Below are positions 40,279-50,541 of a stretch of DNA of 64,000 nt, one piece after another. Where the stretch lies: contig OZ250169.1 of NCBI GenBank assembly GCA_965237955.1, positions 1,920,001 to 1,984,000 of the forward strand, read 5' to 3'. The notes below the pieces were generated by a model. The model saw nothing but the letters and a program-made list of their open reading frames with translations, was not told the origin of the DNA and did no database searches. The stretch comes from Candidatus Marinacidobacterales bacterium. GTDB lineage: Bacteria; Acidobacteriota; Vicinamibacteria; Marinacidobacterales; SMYC01. The translations under genes and the position numbers were made by a program. Positions within the stretch are counted from its first letter, which is position 1, and each line of letters opens with the position of its first letter.

Positions 40279-41653
40279 TCGTACTCCCGATCAATTGTTC
40301 CACGACGGCGCGGACGTCCTCGCTCAGCGATGCGATCTCTCCTTCGTCAGGACCCTCCATCATGATCCGGAGAAGAGGCTCGGTTCCGGAATAGCGAACG
40401 AGCACACGACCGCGCCCATCGAGTTGTTTCTCCGCTCGTTCGATAGCGCGTTGGATCTCCGGGACGTCGCCGATGTCGGGTCGCGAACGCACCCGAACGT
40501 TCACGAGCATTTGAGGGAACGGCTTCAGGTGCGCCAGGTCGTCGAGACTCCGGTTTTCGAGCACGATCACGCGCAGAACTTGCATCAACGTCAACAAACC
40601 ATCGCCCGTCGAAGCGTAATCAGAAAAAATGATATGCCCCGACTGTTCGCCGCCGAGAATGATATTACGTTCGGCCATCTCCTGTGCGACGAATTTGTCG
40701 CCGACCTTTGTACGGATCAAGGTGATGCCGTCGTCGGCGAGCGCGACTTCGAGTGCCATGTTGCTCATGACGGTAGCGACCACGCCGTCACCGATGAGGC
40801 GACCATCTCTCTTCAACCTCCGTGCACACACCAACAACACGGCGTCGCCGTCAACGAAAACTCCTTTCGAGTCGACCAGCAGAACCCGGTCGCCGTCACC
40901 GTCGAGAGCCGCCCCCAGGTCGCAACCGTGTTCCGGTACGACAGCCGCCAGACGTTCCATCGCTGTCGATCCGCACCCGCGATTGATGTTCTCGCCGTCG
41001 GGCTCGTCGAAGAGCGGCACCACGTCCACTCCTTGTGATGCGAGAAGTGCCGGACCGACGCGATACCCGGCACCGTTAGCACAATCGAGTGCGATCTTGA
41101 GTCCCGCAAGCGTGATCCCGTCGCCGAGACTCGAGACGACATGATCGGTGTAGAGGCTTTCGAGCCTGTGAAGCCTTTGATGCCTTTGATGAAAGTCAAC
41201 GGGTGGCGTGGCGCCCTGTTCGTCCGGCACGCTCGACGCCGAGGCGACGGCTTTTTCGATCGCGTCTTCGAGTGCCTCGCTCGATTTGACGCCATCTGTT
41301 GAAAAAATCTTGATGCCGTTGTCTTGATACGGATTGTGGGACGCGGAAATGACGACCCCGGCGTCGAAGCCTTTTTCGCGCGTCAGAAACGCGACGGCCG
41401 GTGTCGGCACCACTCCCACGGATGTCGAGAGACCGCCGCCGGCAGCGATACCGCTTCTAAGCCACGTCTCGATATCCGGCCCGCTCGCGCGGGTGTCGCG
41501 CCCGATGAGAATCCGAGGCGCCTCCGCCGGAAGCGCTTTCGCGAGTGCCTCCCCGACGCGGGCGAGAGTGAGTCGATCGAGCGGTGGCGCGTACGCCTCG
41601 CCGCGGATGCCGTCAGTTCCGAAGAGCTTCGCCACGAACGCCACTGACGCCAC
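40271..41653 (-). CDS. glmM: phosphoglucosamine mutase
   Basis: LFGTDGIRG, ISASHNP, DGDGDR, GGEQSGH, RYSGTEP. Confidence 0.96.
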   Translation of the reverse strand: MASVAFVAKLFGTDGIRGEAYAPPLDRLTLARVGEALAKALPAEAPRILIGRDTRASGPDIETWLRSGIAAGGGLSTSVGVVPTPAVAFLTREKGFDAGVVISASHNPYQDNGIKIFSTDGVKSSEALEDAIEKAVASASSVPDEQGATPPVDFHQRHQRLHRLESLYTDHVVSSLGDGITLAGLKIALDCANGAGYRVGPALLASQGVDVVPLFDEPDGENINRGCGSTAMERLAAVVPEHGCDLGAALDGDGDRVLLVDSKGVFVDGDAVLLVCARRLKRDGRLIGDGVVATVMSNMALEVALADDGITLIRTKVGDKFVAQEMAERNIILGGEQSGHIIFSDYASTGDGLLTLMQVLRVIVLENRSLDDLAHLKPFPQMLVNVRVRSRPDIGDVPEIQRAIERAEKQLDGRGRVLVRYSGTEPLLRIMMEGPDEGEIASLSEDVRAVVEQLIGSTND

Positions 41654-42570
41654 TAATGGACGTCGACCTCGATCTCTTCGGGTTTCACGGAGATGATGTG
41701 GATCGCTGCTAGCTCGTCGGGACGGAGAACGCGCACCACGGGCACGACGTGGTGGCTTCCGGCCGCGACCCCGTCGAGTCGGACTTCCGCCTCCAGATCC
41801 TCTGCCCGGAGCTGTTGGACGAGGCTTTTCGGCCCCTCGACGAAAACCCGCACCGTCTTAGGGTTGAGCTCTGCATCGACACCGTCCGGCTGTGGTTTTA
41901 CCGTCACACCAGCGAGCTCTTTTCGCAGGCGAACCTCGCGCACGTCGAGGGTGAGGTCCACGCTCGATTCTTGCTCGAGGCGCACGAGCGGGTCGAGCTC
42001 GAGGCTCACCGAGCGTGAGTACGGCTGGCGCAAGCCTTCGGCGGAAACCGGCTCGGTCGTGACTTGCTCGAGGCTTCTCACTTGAGTGGCAGGACCGATG
42101 ACGGTGATGGCCTGAGGTGAGAGCTCGATGCCTACCAGCTCGAAGCCTTCGGCGGGCGCGCCCGAGACTCTGGGGATGACGTTCACGGTCTTCTCGACAG
42201 TGCGATCGAGTGCAATTTGCACGCTCGCGGGCGTGACGCGTAGGACGCGCGCGCCAAAAGGGACCGCCACGTCGTCCGGCGTCAAATAGGCGACGCGCTC
42301 GCCCGGCTCGGCTTCGGAGAGGTCGACACCGACCCTGAAATCCCGGGGCGTTAAACGGCGTAGTATCTCGGAAGGTCCGCGCAACCGGACGTCGACTTGC
42401 TGGACGGACTCTTCGACGACCTCGAGCCCCTCGGGGACGTTTCTGAGCTCCAGAGGGATCGAGAACGCGAACTCGGCCCCTTGGTCACGCGCGACGGCGT
42501 ACCAGAGCGTGATCCCGAGAACCAGGGACAACACTTTCAACCCCAGGTTTTCGGTAAGGCGTTCTCTCAT
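41653..42570 (-). CDS. cdaR: CdaR/YbbR-like regulator of diadenylate cyclase
   Basis: N-terminal TM (N..LK.LSL....LW) and three YbbR repeats; between cdaA and glmM. Confidence 0.88.
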   Translation of the reverse strand: MRERLTENLGLKVLSLVLGITLWYAVARDQGAEFAFSIPLELRNVPEGLEVVEESVQQVDVRLRGPSEILRRLTPRDFRVGVDLSEAEPGERVAYLTPDDVAVPFGARVLRVTPASVQIALDRTVEKTVNVIPRVSGAPAEGFELVGIELSPQAITVIGPATQVRSLEQVTTEPVSAEGLRQPYSRSVSLELDPLVRLEQESSVDLTLDVREVRLRKELAGVTVKPQPDGVDAELNPKTVRVFVEGPKSLVQQLRAEDLEAEVRLDGVAAGSHHVVPVVRVLRPDELAAIHIISVKPEEIEVDVH

Positions 42571-43406
42571 GAGATCGGCCTTTCCGTTACCGGCGCGCTG
42601 GCTTCGGCTTCGGTGCTGCCTGCGCTCCGTGCCTCCTGTCCAAAGGCCTCGCGCAACTTCTGACGAAGCTCGTCTCCGTCGAGCCCGGACGCGATCGCAC
42701 CGTCATCGATGAAGCTCACCAGGCCCGTCTCTTCTGAGGCGACGATGGCGACCGCGTCGGTGTCTTCGGTGATGCCGATGGCGGCGCGGTGTCGTGTGCC
42801 GAGCTCCTTCGAAAGCTGCGGGTTGATCGAAATCGGAAGAAAGCACGCGGCGGCGGCGGCGCGGTCTCCTTGAATGATGACGGCGCCGTCGTGGAGTGGC
42901 GACTTTGGATTGAAGATCGACAAGAGCAGATCGTACGTCACCACGGCGTCGAGGACGATGCCACCCTCGATATAGCTCCTGAGGCCGATATCGCGTTCGA
43001 GAACCAGTATCGCGCCGATGCGGCGCCCGGCGAGGGTCAGCACCGAGAAGGCGATTTCGTCGAGCGTTCCTTTGCTGGCGGTGGGGTTCAAGAAGCTGAA
43101 CAGGGGTGCGCGGCCTAGATTGGCGAGCCCGCGCCGGAGCTCCTGCTGATAGAGGACGATGACGGCGAACCCGATGTAAGCGAGTGAGTTCCGCAACAAC
43201 CAGTTCAACGCGGTGAGCTCCGCCCACCGCGAGGCGAAAAACAGCAGCACCAGTAGAACGGTTCCCACCACCATCTGGAACGCGCGCCCGCCGCGGATGA
43301 GCTGGAAGAGCTTGTAGAACAGGAAGCTCACCAGAAAGATGTCAAAAACGGCGATGATGGAGATGTCACGCGACACGCTCTCGAAGAAGTCGAGGACTTG
43401 GTTCAT
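42567..43406 (-). CDS. cdaA: diadenylate cyclase CdaA
   Basis: 3 TMs, PLHDGA, GTRHRAA, SEETG. Confidence 0.95.
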   Translation of the reverse strand: MNQVLDFFESVSRDISIIAVFDIFLVSFLFYKLFQLIRGGRAFQMVVGTVLLVLLFFASRWAELTALNWLLRNSLAYIGFAVIVLYQQELRRGLANLGRAPLFSFLNPTASKGTLDEIAFSVLTLAGRRIGAILVLERDIGLRSYIEGGIVLDAVVTYDLLLSIFNPKSPLHDGAVIIQGDRAAAAACFLPISINPQLSKELGTRHRAAIGITEDTDAVAIVASEETGLVSFIDDGAIASGLDGDELRQKLREAFGQEARSAGSTEAEASAPVTERPIS

Positions 43407-44290
43407 GGCGCGACCTCTTGGGCGAGGCCCGTCGCCGTGCGAATGGCGTCCACGACCGTCACGACGTCGGACATCTCGTGGACATCGTGCACTCGAACAA
43501 CGGAGGCGCCGTTCAAGACGGCAGTGGCCACGCTGCCGGCAGTTCCGAAAATGCGGTCGTGGGACGTGTCCGAGAGCAAGCGCCCGATGAAGCTTTTGCG
43601 GGAGGTTCCTATTAGAACCGGCTTTCCCAGCTCGGCCAATGCGCCGAGCTCACGTAAGAGCGTCAGGTTGTGCTCGAGGGTTTTGCCGAAACCGATACCG
43701 GGGTCGACGAGAATCGACTCGCCGGACACTCCGGCCGCTTCCGCGCGCGCGACGGCGTTTCTCAAGTAGGCCTTCACTTCGCCGACGACATCTTCGTAGA
43801 CAGGTTCCCGCTGCATCGTCTCCGGCGTGCCGCGCATGTGCATGAGCACTACCCCCGCGCGAGCGCGTGCCGCTACTTGGGCCATACCGTCGTCGCCGAA
43901 AGCGGACACGTCGTTGACGATATCGGCCCCGGCTTCGAGCGCACGCTCGGCGACCGCGGCCTTGCGTGTGTCGATCGAGAGGAGAGCTTCGGTTCTTGCA
44001 CGTACGCCTTCGAGAACGGGCAGCACCCTTTCGAGCTCTTCTCCAACGGGAACTTCTTGACCGCCGGGCCGAGTGGACTCTCCGCCGATGTCGACGATAT
44101 CGGCACCCGCTTCGATGAGCGCGAGGGCGACTTCGACCGCTTCCGAGACTTCGGGATAGCGGCTACCTTCGTAGAAGGAGTCCGGCGTGACGTTCACGAC
44201 GCCCATGAGAGCGGTTCGCTCTCCGAGGGCGAGCTTCTTGTCGCGAGCGCGAAAAATGTGAGACGGCAGCTTGGAGTGCTTAATGCTCAA
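43403..44290 (-). CDS. folP: dihydropteroate synthase
   Basis: MGVVNVTPDSF, DIGGESTRPG, DPGIGFGK, GTSRKSF, RVHDV; start TTG44290 with GAGGAG RBS inferred. Confidence 0.95.
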   Translation of the reverse strand: MSIKHSKLPSHIFRARDKKLALGERTALMGVVNVTPDSFYEGSRYPEVSEAVEVALALIEAGADIVDIGGESTRPGGQEVPVGEELERVLPVLEGVRARTEALLSIDTRKAAVAERALEAGADIVNDVSAFGDDGMAQVAARARAGVVLMHMRGTPETMQREPVYEDVVGEVKAYLRNAVARAEAAGVSGESILVDPGIGFGKTLEHNLTLLRELGALAELGKPVLIGTSRKSFIGRLLSDTSHDRIFGTAGSVATAVLNGASVVRVHDVHEMSDVVTVVDAIRTATGLAQEVAP

Positions 44291-44582
44291 AATGCCGAGC
44301 TCCTCGCTCACTCGGTCGGTCTTTTTTTCGCGCTTCGCGCTCAACATCTCATACCTTTGAAGCAGCCCGATGCGGACGATTGTCGGTACATAAAGGGCCG
44401 GGCTCGTCGTCTTTCTTGCAACGCGCCCGTTCTTCGAACGGGCTTGCGTTCCGCTCGACCGGCTCGCTGCACGAGGCGGTCGCGCAGGGCCGCGCGGTCC
44501 TTGCTTCAGCGCCCTGCTGTGCTCATGCTCGCTCCCGCCCTCGCCAATCTTGGCGAGCTCCCCTCGAGCTCGATGGCTAGCG

Positions 44583-46523
44583 TTAACTCTGGGGGACGCT
44601 ACCCGGATTTTGCAGAATGGGCGGGGTGAGAGGCGCCTTCCGCTCCTCGTCGGCTTCCTTAGCCTCGGGTTCGTCTTTCCTATCTGGGACCACGTCGTCC
44701 GATTTCGGCTCGCGCTCCTTGAGAGGAAGACCATCGATGATCATCTTCACGTCTTCGGCGTCGAGCACCTCACGTTCGAGGAGTGCGTCGGCCACTTTGT
44801 CGAGGATTTCGCGGTTTTTGGTCAAGATGGTCTTAGCGCGCTCGTAGTTCTCGTGGACGATGCGCTTGACCTCTTGGTCGATCTGGACCGCAGTGGCCTC
44901 ACTGTAATCCTGATGTCGGGCGATGTCACGACCGAGAAAGACCTGCTCTTCCGGGCGGCCGAACGTGAGAGGACCCATTTTCTCGCTCATGCCCCACTCG
45001 CATACCATCTTGCGCGCGAGCTCGGTGGCCTTTTCGAGATCGTCGTGGGCTCCGGTGGTGAGCTGATTGAGAACGAGTTCTTCGGCGAGCCTTCCGCCCA
45101 TGGCGACGGCAATCCTGGCGTTGACGTAGTCCTTGTCGTGGCTGAGCCGATCGGTTTCCGGGAGCATCATGGTAACGCCCATCGCCATACCTCGAGGGAT
45201 GATGGTCACTTTGTGGATGGGGTCGGCATTCTCGATGAGCGCGGCAACGAGCGCGTGGCCCCCTTCGTGATAGGCCGTCGTGCGCTTTTCTTCGTCACTC
45301 ATGATCAGCGAGCGCCGCTCCGCGCCCATGAGCACTTTGTCTTTGGCCTCTTCGAAGTCGTCCATCGTGACGACCTTTTGACCGAGCCGGGCGGCATTCA
45401 ACGCCGCTTCGTTCACGAGGTTGGCGATGTCAGCGCCGGAGAAGCCCGGAGTCCCGCGCGCCAGGATCATCAAGTCGACGTCGTTCGCGAGCGGAATGCG
45501 GCTGGTGTGGACTTTGAATATACCGTCGCGGCCGTTGACGTCGGGAAGCGACACGACGACTCGCCGGTCGAAACGACCAGGGCGTAGAAGCGCCGGATCG
45601 AGGACGTCGGGCCGATTGGTCGCCGCGATGAGGATGACGCCTTCGTTGGATTCGAAGCCGTCCATCTCGACGAGGAGCTGATTCAACGTTTGTTCGCGCT
45701 CGTCGTGCCCGCCGCCGAGGCCGGCACCACGGTGGCGGCCGACGGCATCGATCTCATCGATAAAGATGATGCACGGTGCGTTCTTCTTGCCCTGCTCGAA
45801 CAAATCGCGCACGCGGCTCGCGCCGACGCCCACGAACATCTCGACGAAGTCGGAGCCTGAGATCGAGAAAAACGGCACGCTGGCCTCGCCCGAGATCGCC
45901 CGCGCGAGGAGCGTTTTCCCCGTTCCTGGAGGTCCCATCAACAGAACGCCCTTTGGGATCCTCCCCCCGAGCTTCTGGAACTTTTGCGGCTCGCGGAGGA
46001 AGTCGATGATCTCGCGAAGCTCCGCTTTGGCCTCGTCGACGCCGGCGACGTCCTTGAACGTCACCTTTTTCTGTTGGCTGGAACTGAGCTTGGCTTTGCT
46101 CTTGCCGAAAGACAGAGCTCGATTGCCCGATCCTTGCATTTGCCGCATGAAAAAGATCAGGAACGCGATCATGATGACGATGGGCGTCCAGCTGATGATA
46201 TGCCCGAGCCAAGACGAGCTATTGGCATCTCGCGCGGTGACCTCGACTCCTTTGTCGAGCATCACGTTGACGAGGTTTTCCATCTGCGGCGGCGCGAACG
46301 TGCGGATCGACTGGCCATTCTTGAACTCGCCCACGATCTGGCTTCCGGCGCCGGTGCCGGTGATGACCACCTTCGCCACGTGACCGCGATCGAGCTGCGC
46401 CATGAAATCGCTGAAGCTGAGCTGGCGTTCGTTTTTCTGAATGCGCGACGAGACACTCCAGAAGAGAAAGATCACGAGAGCCGCAACCATCCAGAACATC
46501 AAGTTCTTCATGGTGGAGTTCAA
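44583..46523 (-). CDS. ftsH: ATP-dependent zinc metalloprotease FtsH
   Basis: 2 TMs, [39 protein letters not shown]. Confidence 0.98.
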   Translation of the reverse strand: MNSTMKNLMFWMVAALVIFLFWSVSSRIQKNERQLSFSDFMAQLDRGHVAKVVITGTGAGSQIVGEFKNGQSIRTFAPPQMENLVNVMLDKGVEVTARDANSSSWLGHIISWTPIVIMIAFLIFFMRQMQGSGNRALSFGKSKAKLSSSQQKKVTFKDVAGVDEAKAELREIIDFLREPQKFQKLGGRIPKGVLLMGPPGTGKTLLARAISGEASVPFFSISGSDFVEMFVGVGASRVRDLFEQGKKNAPCIIFIDEIDAVGRHRGAGLGGGHDEREQTLNQLLVEMDGFESNEGVILIAATNRPDVLDPALLRPGRFDRRVVVSLPDVNGRDGIFKVHTSRIPLANDVDLMILARGTPGFSGADIANLVNEAALNAARLGQKVVTMDDFEEAKDKVLMGAERRSLIMSDEEKRTTAYHEGGHALVAALIENADPIHKVTIIPRGMAMGVTMMLPETDRLSHDKDYVNARIAVAMGGRLAEELVLNQLTTGAHDDLEKATELARKMVCEWGMSEKMGPLTFGRPEEQVFLGRDIARHQDYSEATAVQIDQEVKRIVHENYERAKTILTKNREILDKVADALLEREVLDAEDVKMIIDGLPLKEREPKSDDVVPDRKDEPEAKEADEERKAPLTPPILQNPGSVPQS

Positions 46524-46578
46524 GAGCCGCCTCCGGTTCGAGAAGATTTCGAACGCGTCAAATGGAACAAGATCATCA

Positions 46579-47112
46579 TTATGAGGCCTCCGCGAGTCCG
46601 AGAAATGGTGTCCCCCGGTGTTGTTCGTGAAGTCCTAGGCCGTAGCCCGCGACGAAGCCTTCTTTCGAAAGCTCGAAACACGCGTAATCTACAGGACAGT
46701 CCACCTTACGGTGGTTCTCGCGGTTGATCAATGCGGCCACTTTGAGGGTGCGGGGTTTCCACGTTTCCTCGATATGGCCAGTGATAAAGCTCAAGGTCAC
46801 TCCAGTGTCGACAACGCCCTGTATCAGTAATACGTCACGGGCGCTGAAATCGTTCGCTTGACCGAACGCGACATCCACGCGTTTCGCGTCTTCGGTTGTA
46901 ACCTTCAGGAAATCGCAGGTGAGGGAGCAGTCGATGGCACGAATCAGGTCGGCCATGAAGACCATGGGGTTCGGGAGCACACCCACGCAGGCAATGTTGC
47001 CGTCGGGGTGGTCGTTTGCGATGTCGGCGCCGAGCTCGCGCACACGCTTGCCGATCACGTCGGTGCTGTAGAGGACTGATAGCCCTGTCCCTTTGCTCAT
47101 TGACTCATCCAT
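46579..47112 (-). CDS. hpt: Hpt/HprT-like phosphoribosyltransferase with degenerate motifs
   Basis: Position between tilS and ftsH; FMADLIR, VDTG.TL, FVAGYGL; PRPP-loop ED replaced by QG. Confidence 0.75.
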   Translation of the reverse strand: MDESMSKGTGLSVLYSTDVIGKRVRELGADIANDHPDGNIACVGVLPNPMVFMADLIRAIDCSLTCDFLKVTTEDAKRVDVAFGQANDFSARDVLLIQGVVDTGVTLSFITGHIEETWKPRTLKVAALINRENHRKVDCPVDYACFELSKEGFVAGYGLGLHEQHRGTPFLGLAEAS

Positions 47113-48560
47113 TCGAGGTGAAGGCGACGACGTCCGGCCCCAAGTCGCGCTCGTTCAGAGACGGCATGCCCGGCGACCCAGAGAATCTCATCTGCATCGG
47201 CGCGCACCACCAATGGTACGTGACGCCTGTCTCCTTTCGCGACTTTTCGCTCCATCAGATACCGCGCGAGCGGCTTCGAACCGGGGGCTCCGAGCGGCCT
47301 GAATCGATCCGACGCCCTAGGGCTTCTGACCCTAAGCTCCCAAAGCCCGTCCTCGATTCCCCTGCCCTCGATTCCGATGTCGACCGCGGTTCCCGCGGCC
47401 GCGGCCAGCTTATCCCCGGCCCGAACCGACTCCACGAGATGCGCCGTGAGCAACCCCCGACACTCCGTGATGTGGAGCTTCGCGGGGATCGGCAAACGGT
47501 AGTCATACTTATTATAGACGTTTGTACATTGCTTGCGCCCGCGAGTGGCCGGAGTGGCCCGAGTCGTAAAGATGAGCTCGCCAAAGGACCGCTCCGCGGT
47601 GAGACCCGGGAGGTGAACCTCGCGGCCACTTTTTCCGTCCTCGAGCAGGCCAAGCACATCCGCGACGTGACCCGAGGTCAGGTTCGCGGTATCTCCGTTC
47701 ACGTGCTCGACGGCAAGGCGAGTCAGCCGCCTGCGGAGGGCGGGGTGCAAGGCGTCGAGAGCGGAGACCGAGAGCGAGATTCCGTTCCCGATCGCGACGG
47801 CGGCTGTGGCTGCCTTAGTGAACGCCTTCCGCGCCCGAGCTTCCATGAAATCTTCTTCGTCCCTCAGGATCTCGGCGCTCCGCGCGAGGGTCTCGACAAG
47901 CTTGGGATTGAGCTCGTCCGCGACATACGGCAGGACATCATGCCGTAGGCGGTTGCGGGTGAAGCGGCGATCGAGGTTGCTCGCGTCTTCTCGGTACGAG
48001 AGGCCGCGCTCTTCGAGATAGGCGAGGATCTCGTGGCGGCGCACGTCGATGAGCGGACGGATGATGTCGGCATTCTCTTTTTTTACAACAGGATACACGG
48101 ATGAAAGGCCTCGGACGCCAGAGCCGCGGGCGAGACGCATCATGAATGTCTCGGCCTGGTCGTCCATCGTGTGGCCGACGGCGATACGGTCGCACACGTG
48201 ATGCGCCGCCTGCTCGGACAAAAACGCATAGCGGGCTCGTCGCGCTTCGTCCTCGATGGAGCGGCCGGCGGTTTTGGCTCGGGAAGCGACATCGATGCGC
48301 CCGGCGACGAAAGGCAGGTGTAGAGCGTCCGCGAGCTCGTGACAGAAAGCTTCGTCATCGTCCGCCTCCGCTCTGAGCCCATGGTGCAGGTGGGCGGCGA
48401 TGAGCTCGATTCCAAGCTTCGTTGTGAGCTCGAAGAGCACGTGGGTTAGCACGACGGAATCAGGGCCGCCGGACAATCCGATTAGCACGCGCCGAGCACG
48501 CTTGGCTGGGCACACCATCGCGTGGCGCTGAATCGTCCGCAGAATCTTTGTCGTCAACAT
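47097..48560 (-). CDS. tilS: tRNA(Ile)-lysidine synthetase
   Basis: LSGGPDS, HHGLR, ARRARY, GHTMDDQAET, IRPL, D.SN....TRNRLR, C-terminal TilS_C. Confidence 0.95.
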   Translation of the reverse strand: MLTTKILRTIQRHAMVCPAKRARRVLIGLSGGPDSVVLTHVLFELTTKLGIELIAAHLHHGLRAEADDDEAFCHELADALHLPFVAGRIDVASRAKTAGRSIEDEARRARYAFLSEQAAHHVCDRIAVGHTMDDQAETFMMRLARGSGVRGLSSVYPVVKKENADIIRPLIDVRRHEILAYLEERGLSYREDASNLDRRFTRNRLRHDVLPYVADELNPKLVETLARSAEILRDEEDFMEARARKAFTKAATAAVAIGNGISLSVSALDALHPALRRRLTRLAVEHVNGDTANLTSGHVADVLGLLEDGKSGREVHLPGLTAERSFGELIFTTRATPATRGRKQCTNVYNKYDYRLPIPAKLHITECRGLLTAHLVESVRAGDKLAAAAGTAVDIGIEGRGIEDGLWELRVRSPRASDRFRPLGAPGSKPLARYLMERKVAKGDRRHVPLVVRADADEILWVAGHAVSERARLGAGRRRLHLEWMSQ

Positions 48561-48699
48561 CGTCGGAAGACGGGGAGGGGCAGGGCAGCCCGTCCGATCG
48601 TTTGGAGTTTCGGCCTAAGTGTATTATATTAGAAGAGTTAGGTCACCCTGTCAAGGAAAGTCGCGAAAGTTTCCCCCGCGAGGAGAGGGGTTCGAGACC

Positions 48700-48867
48700 A
48701 TGGAAGGCCAATGCGGGCACTGCGGCATCAGTGAGGAGGAGCGGGAGCTGAAAAAGTGTGTCATGTGCTTCCGTATTTACTGTGTGGAGTGCGAGTACGA
48801 CCGCAATGGCCGCCCGTTCTGCTCCAAGCAATGTTCTGAGCTCTTCTTCTTTGGTGACGAAGATTAG
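48700..48867 (+). CDS. 55-aa Cys-rich zinc-finger-like protein
   Basis: GGAGAGGGG RBS; CGHC, CVMC, CVEC, FCSKQC; acidic tail. Confidence 0.7.
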   Translation: MEGQCGHCGISEEERELKKCVMCFRIYCVECEYDRNGRPFCSKQCSELFFFGDED

Positions 48868-48868
48868 A

Positions 48869-49067
48869 TCAGCATCCAGCATCCAGCATTCAGTTCAACT
48901 CGCGAACTTTGCCTTCGGGCCACGCTGTCCAAAACATTGGTAGGACGTCGCGTTCCGGCGGCGTTACCTGACCCGAAGGTTAGAGCCCTATTGGCGCGGC
49001 GACGACGCTACCGACGGGCAACGTTCGCGAATTGAACCGAATGCTGAATGCTGAATGCCGGAATGCT
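48869..49067. repeat. ~200-bp hairpin element with (CAGCATC)n/(GAATGCT)n ends
   Basis: Left arm CAGCATCCAGCATCCAGCATTCAGTTCAACTCGCGAACTTTGCC pairs imperfectly over ~45 nt with right arm GGCAACGTTCGCGAATTGAACCGAATGCTGAATGCTG. Confidence 0.8.
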
Positions 49068-50324
49068 TTATCGGGTTTTGCGGGCTCTTACGCGTAGCAC
49101 GCGATTACCGGTGACCTTGTCGACCGATAGTAGGGCGCCTTCGACCTCGAGCTCCTCGCCAGCCACGGGGATGTGGCCTAGCCGGTCGAGCATATAGCCG
49201 GCCAGGGTGTGGTAGTCGGCTTGCTCGGGAATGTCGAGACCCAACCGCTCGTTGGTGTCTTTGACGGAGAAGGCGCCGTCGAGGAGGAGGCTCCCATCCG
49301 GAAGCTCGACCACCTGCGACTCTGGTTCGTCTTTTTCGTCCAGCAGCTCACCCACGATCTCCTCTAGAAGATCCTCGAGGGTGACGAGGCCTTCGACACC
49401 TCCATGCTCGTCGACGACGAGCGCCAGGTGGGTCCTTTGATGCTGGAGCTGTTCGAGCGCTTGTTCGACTTTTGCCGAGTCGGGAATGAAGTACGTCTTC
49501 CGCAGGACCTGCTCGAGCCGGAACGGGATGTGCGCCCCCCAATAGGTGAGGACGTCCTTGGCGAAGAGAAGTCCAACGATGTTGTCCAGGGTCCCGTCGT
49601 AGACGGGCATGCGCGAGAATCGCCGGTTCTGGATCAGACGAACGATGCCTTCGAGTGGGGTGTCCTTCTCGACCGCGACCATTTCCGTGCGCGGCACCAT
49701 GATCTCGGCGACCCGCTTTTCACCGAGCTCGATGACTCTTCGGAGCATTTGCCGGCGGGAGCCGCGCTCTTCTTCGGGAACGCCGCCTGCGTAGAGGATG
49801 CCTTTGATCTCCTCCAGGGTGACCGCCGAGCTCAGAGCACCCGTGCTCACCCCGAACAGAGACAAAAATACGTTCGATACCCGGGTCAAGAGCCACACCA
49901 CGGGCGCGCCCAACTTGATGAGTGCGGTGATGGGACGGATGACGAGGAGGGACCAGCCTTCGGGATGGCGTGCGGCGAGGCTCTTGGGAACCATCTCCCC
50001 GAAGACGAGGATGAGCGCGGTGAGGCCGATCGACGCGAAAAAGATCGTACGGGCCTGCGGATCTTCAGAAGCAACGACAACGGTGACGGCATAGGTGAGG
50101 AGAGCACCGGCGGCGGTGTTGACGAACACATTCCCGGTGAGGATCGTGCCCAGGACTTTCTCGGGATGGGCGACGACGTCGACGACGAGCGCGGCTTTCG
50201 GCTTGGTCCGCGCGAGGTGTCGCAGCCGGTAGCGGTCGAGCGACATGAGCGCCGTCTCCGATCCGGAGAAAAACGCAGAGAAGGCGAGGACCAGGACCAG
50301 GACCAGTACAAGAGCGACTATCAT
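49068..50324 (-). CDS. CNNM/CorC-family (hemolysin-like) membrane protein, DUF21-CBS-CorC
   Basis: SAFFSGSETAL, GEMVPKSLA, IMVPR, FSRMPVY, VVDEHGG..G.VTLED..EEIVGE; start ATG50324. Confidence 0.93.
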   Translation of the reverse strand: MIVALVLVLVLVLAFSAFFSGSETALMSLDRYRLRHLARTKPKAALVVDVVAHPEKVLGTILTGNVFVNTAAGALLTYAVTVVVASEDPQARTIFFASIGLTALILVFGEMVPKSLAARHPEGWSLLVIRPITALIKLGAPVVWLLTRVSNVFLSLFGVSTGALSSAVTLEEIKGILYAGGVPEEERGSRRQMLRRVIELGEKRVAEIMVPRTEMVAVEKDTPLEGIVRLIQNRRFSRMPVYDGTLDNIVGLLFAKDVLTYWGAHIPFRLEQVLRKTYFIPDSAKVEQALEQLQHQRTHLALVVDEHGGVEGLVTLEDLLEEIVGELLDEKDEPESQVVELPDGSLLLDGAFSVKDTNERLGLDIPEQADYHTLAGYMLDRLGHIPVAGEELEVEGALLSVDKVTGNRVLRVRARKTR

Positions 50325-50438
50325 CGCGTTCTTAGCAAGTGTCTCACAAGTTGCCCGAGCACTCAGCCCATTGCTGGTGCGGTCTTGGTCGGGCACCGGC
50401 ACGGGCACGGGGGCTTCGCATCGCGGTACAATCCTGAA

Positions 50439-50537
50439 ATGGAGCTGAGCGGCATCGTGATGATGATCCTCGTTCTTGGAGGTCTCTGGGGTGGGTTCGC
50501 GTACTTCCTGTGCCACACCCTGAGCCAGGACAAATAG
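50439..50537 (+). CDS. MetS-like small subunit of NSS transporters (32 aa)
   Basis: MELSGIVMMILVLGGLWGGFAYFL matches the I.MM......WGG pattern; stop 4 nt before gpsA. Confidence 0.65.
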   Translation: MELSGIVMMILVLGGLWGGFAYFLCHTLSQDK

Positions 50538-50541
50538 CTCA

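Noticed and set aside
44291-44582. Possible ncRNA or riboswitch between ftsH and folP (also 38129-38262, 54630-54754, 58490-58700)
   Set aside because: Only generic hairpins or short GCTC repeats; no recognisable tRNA, riboswitch or ncRNA consensus by eye. An Rfam scan is needed.
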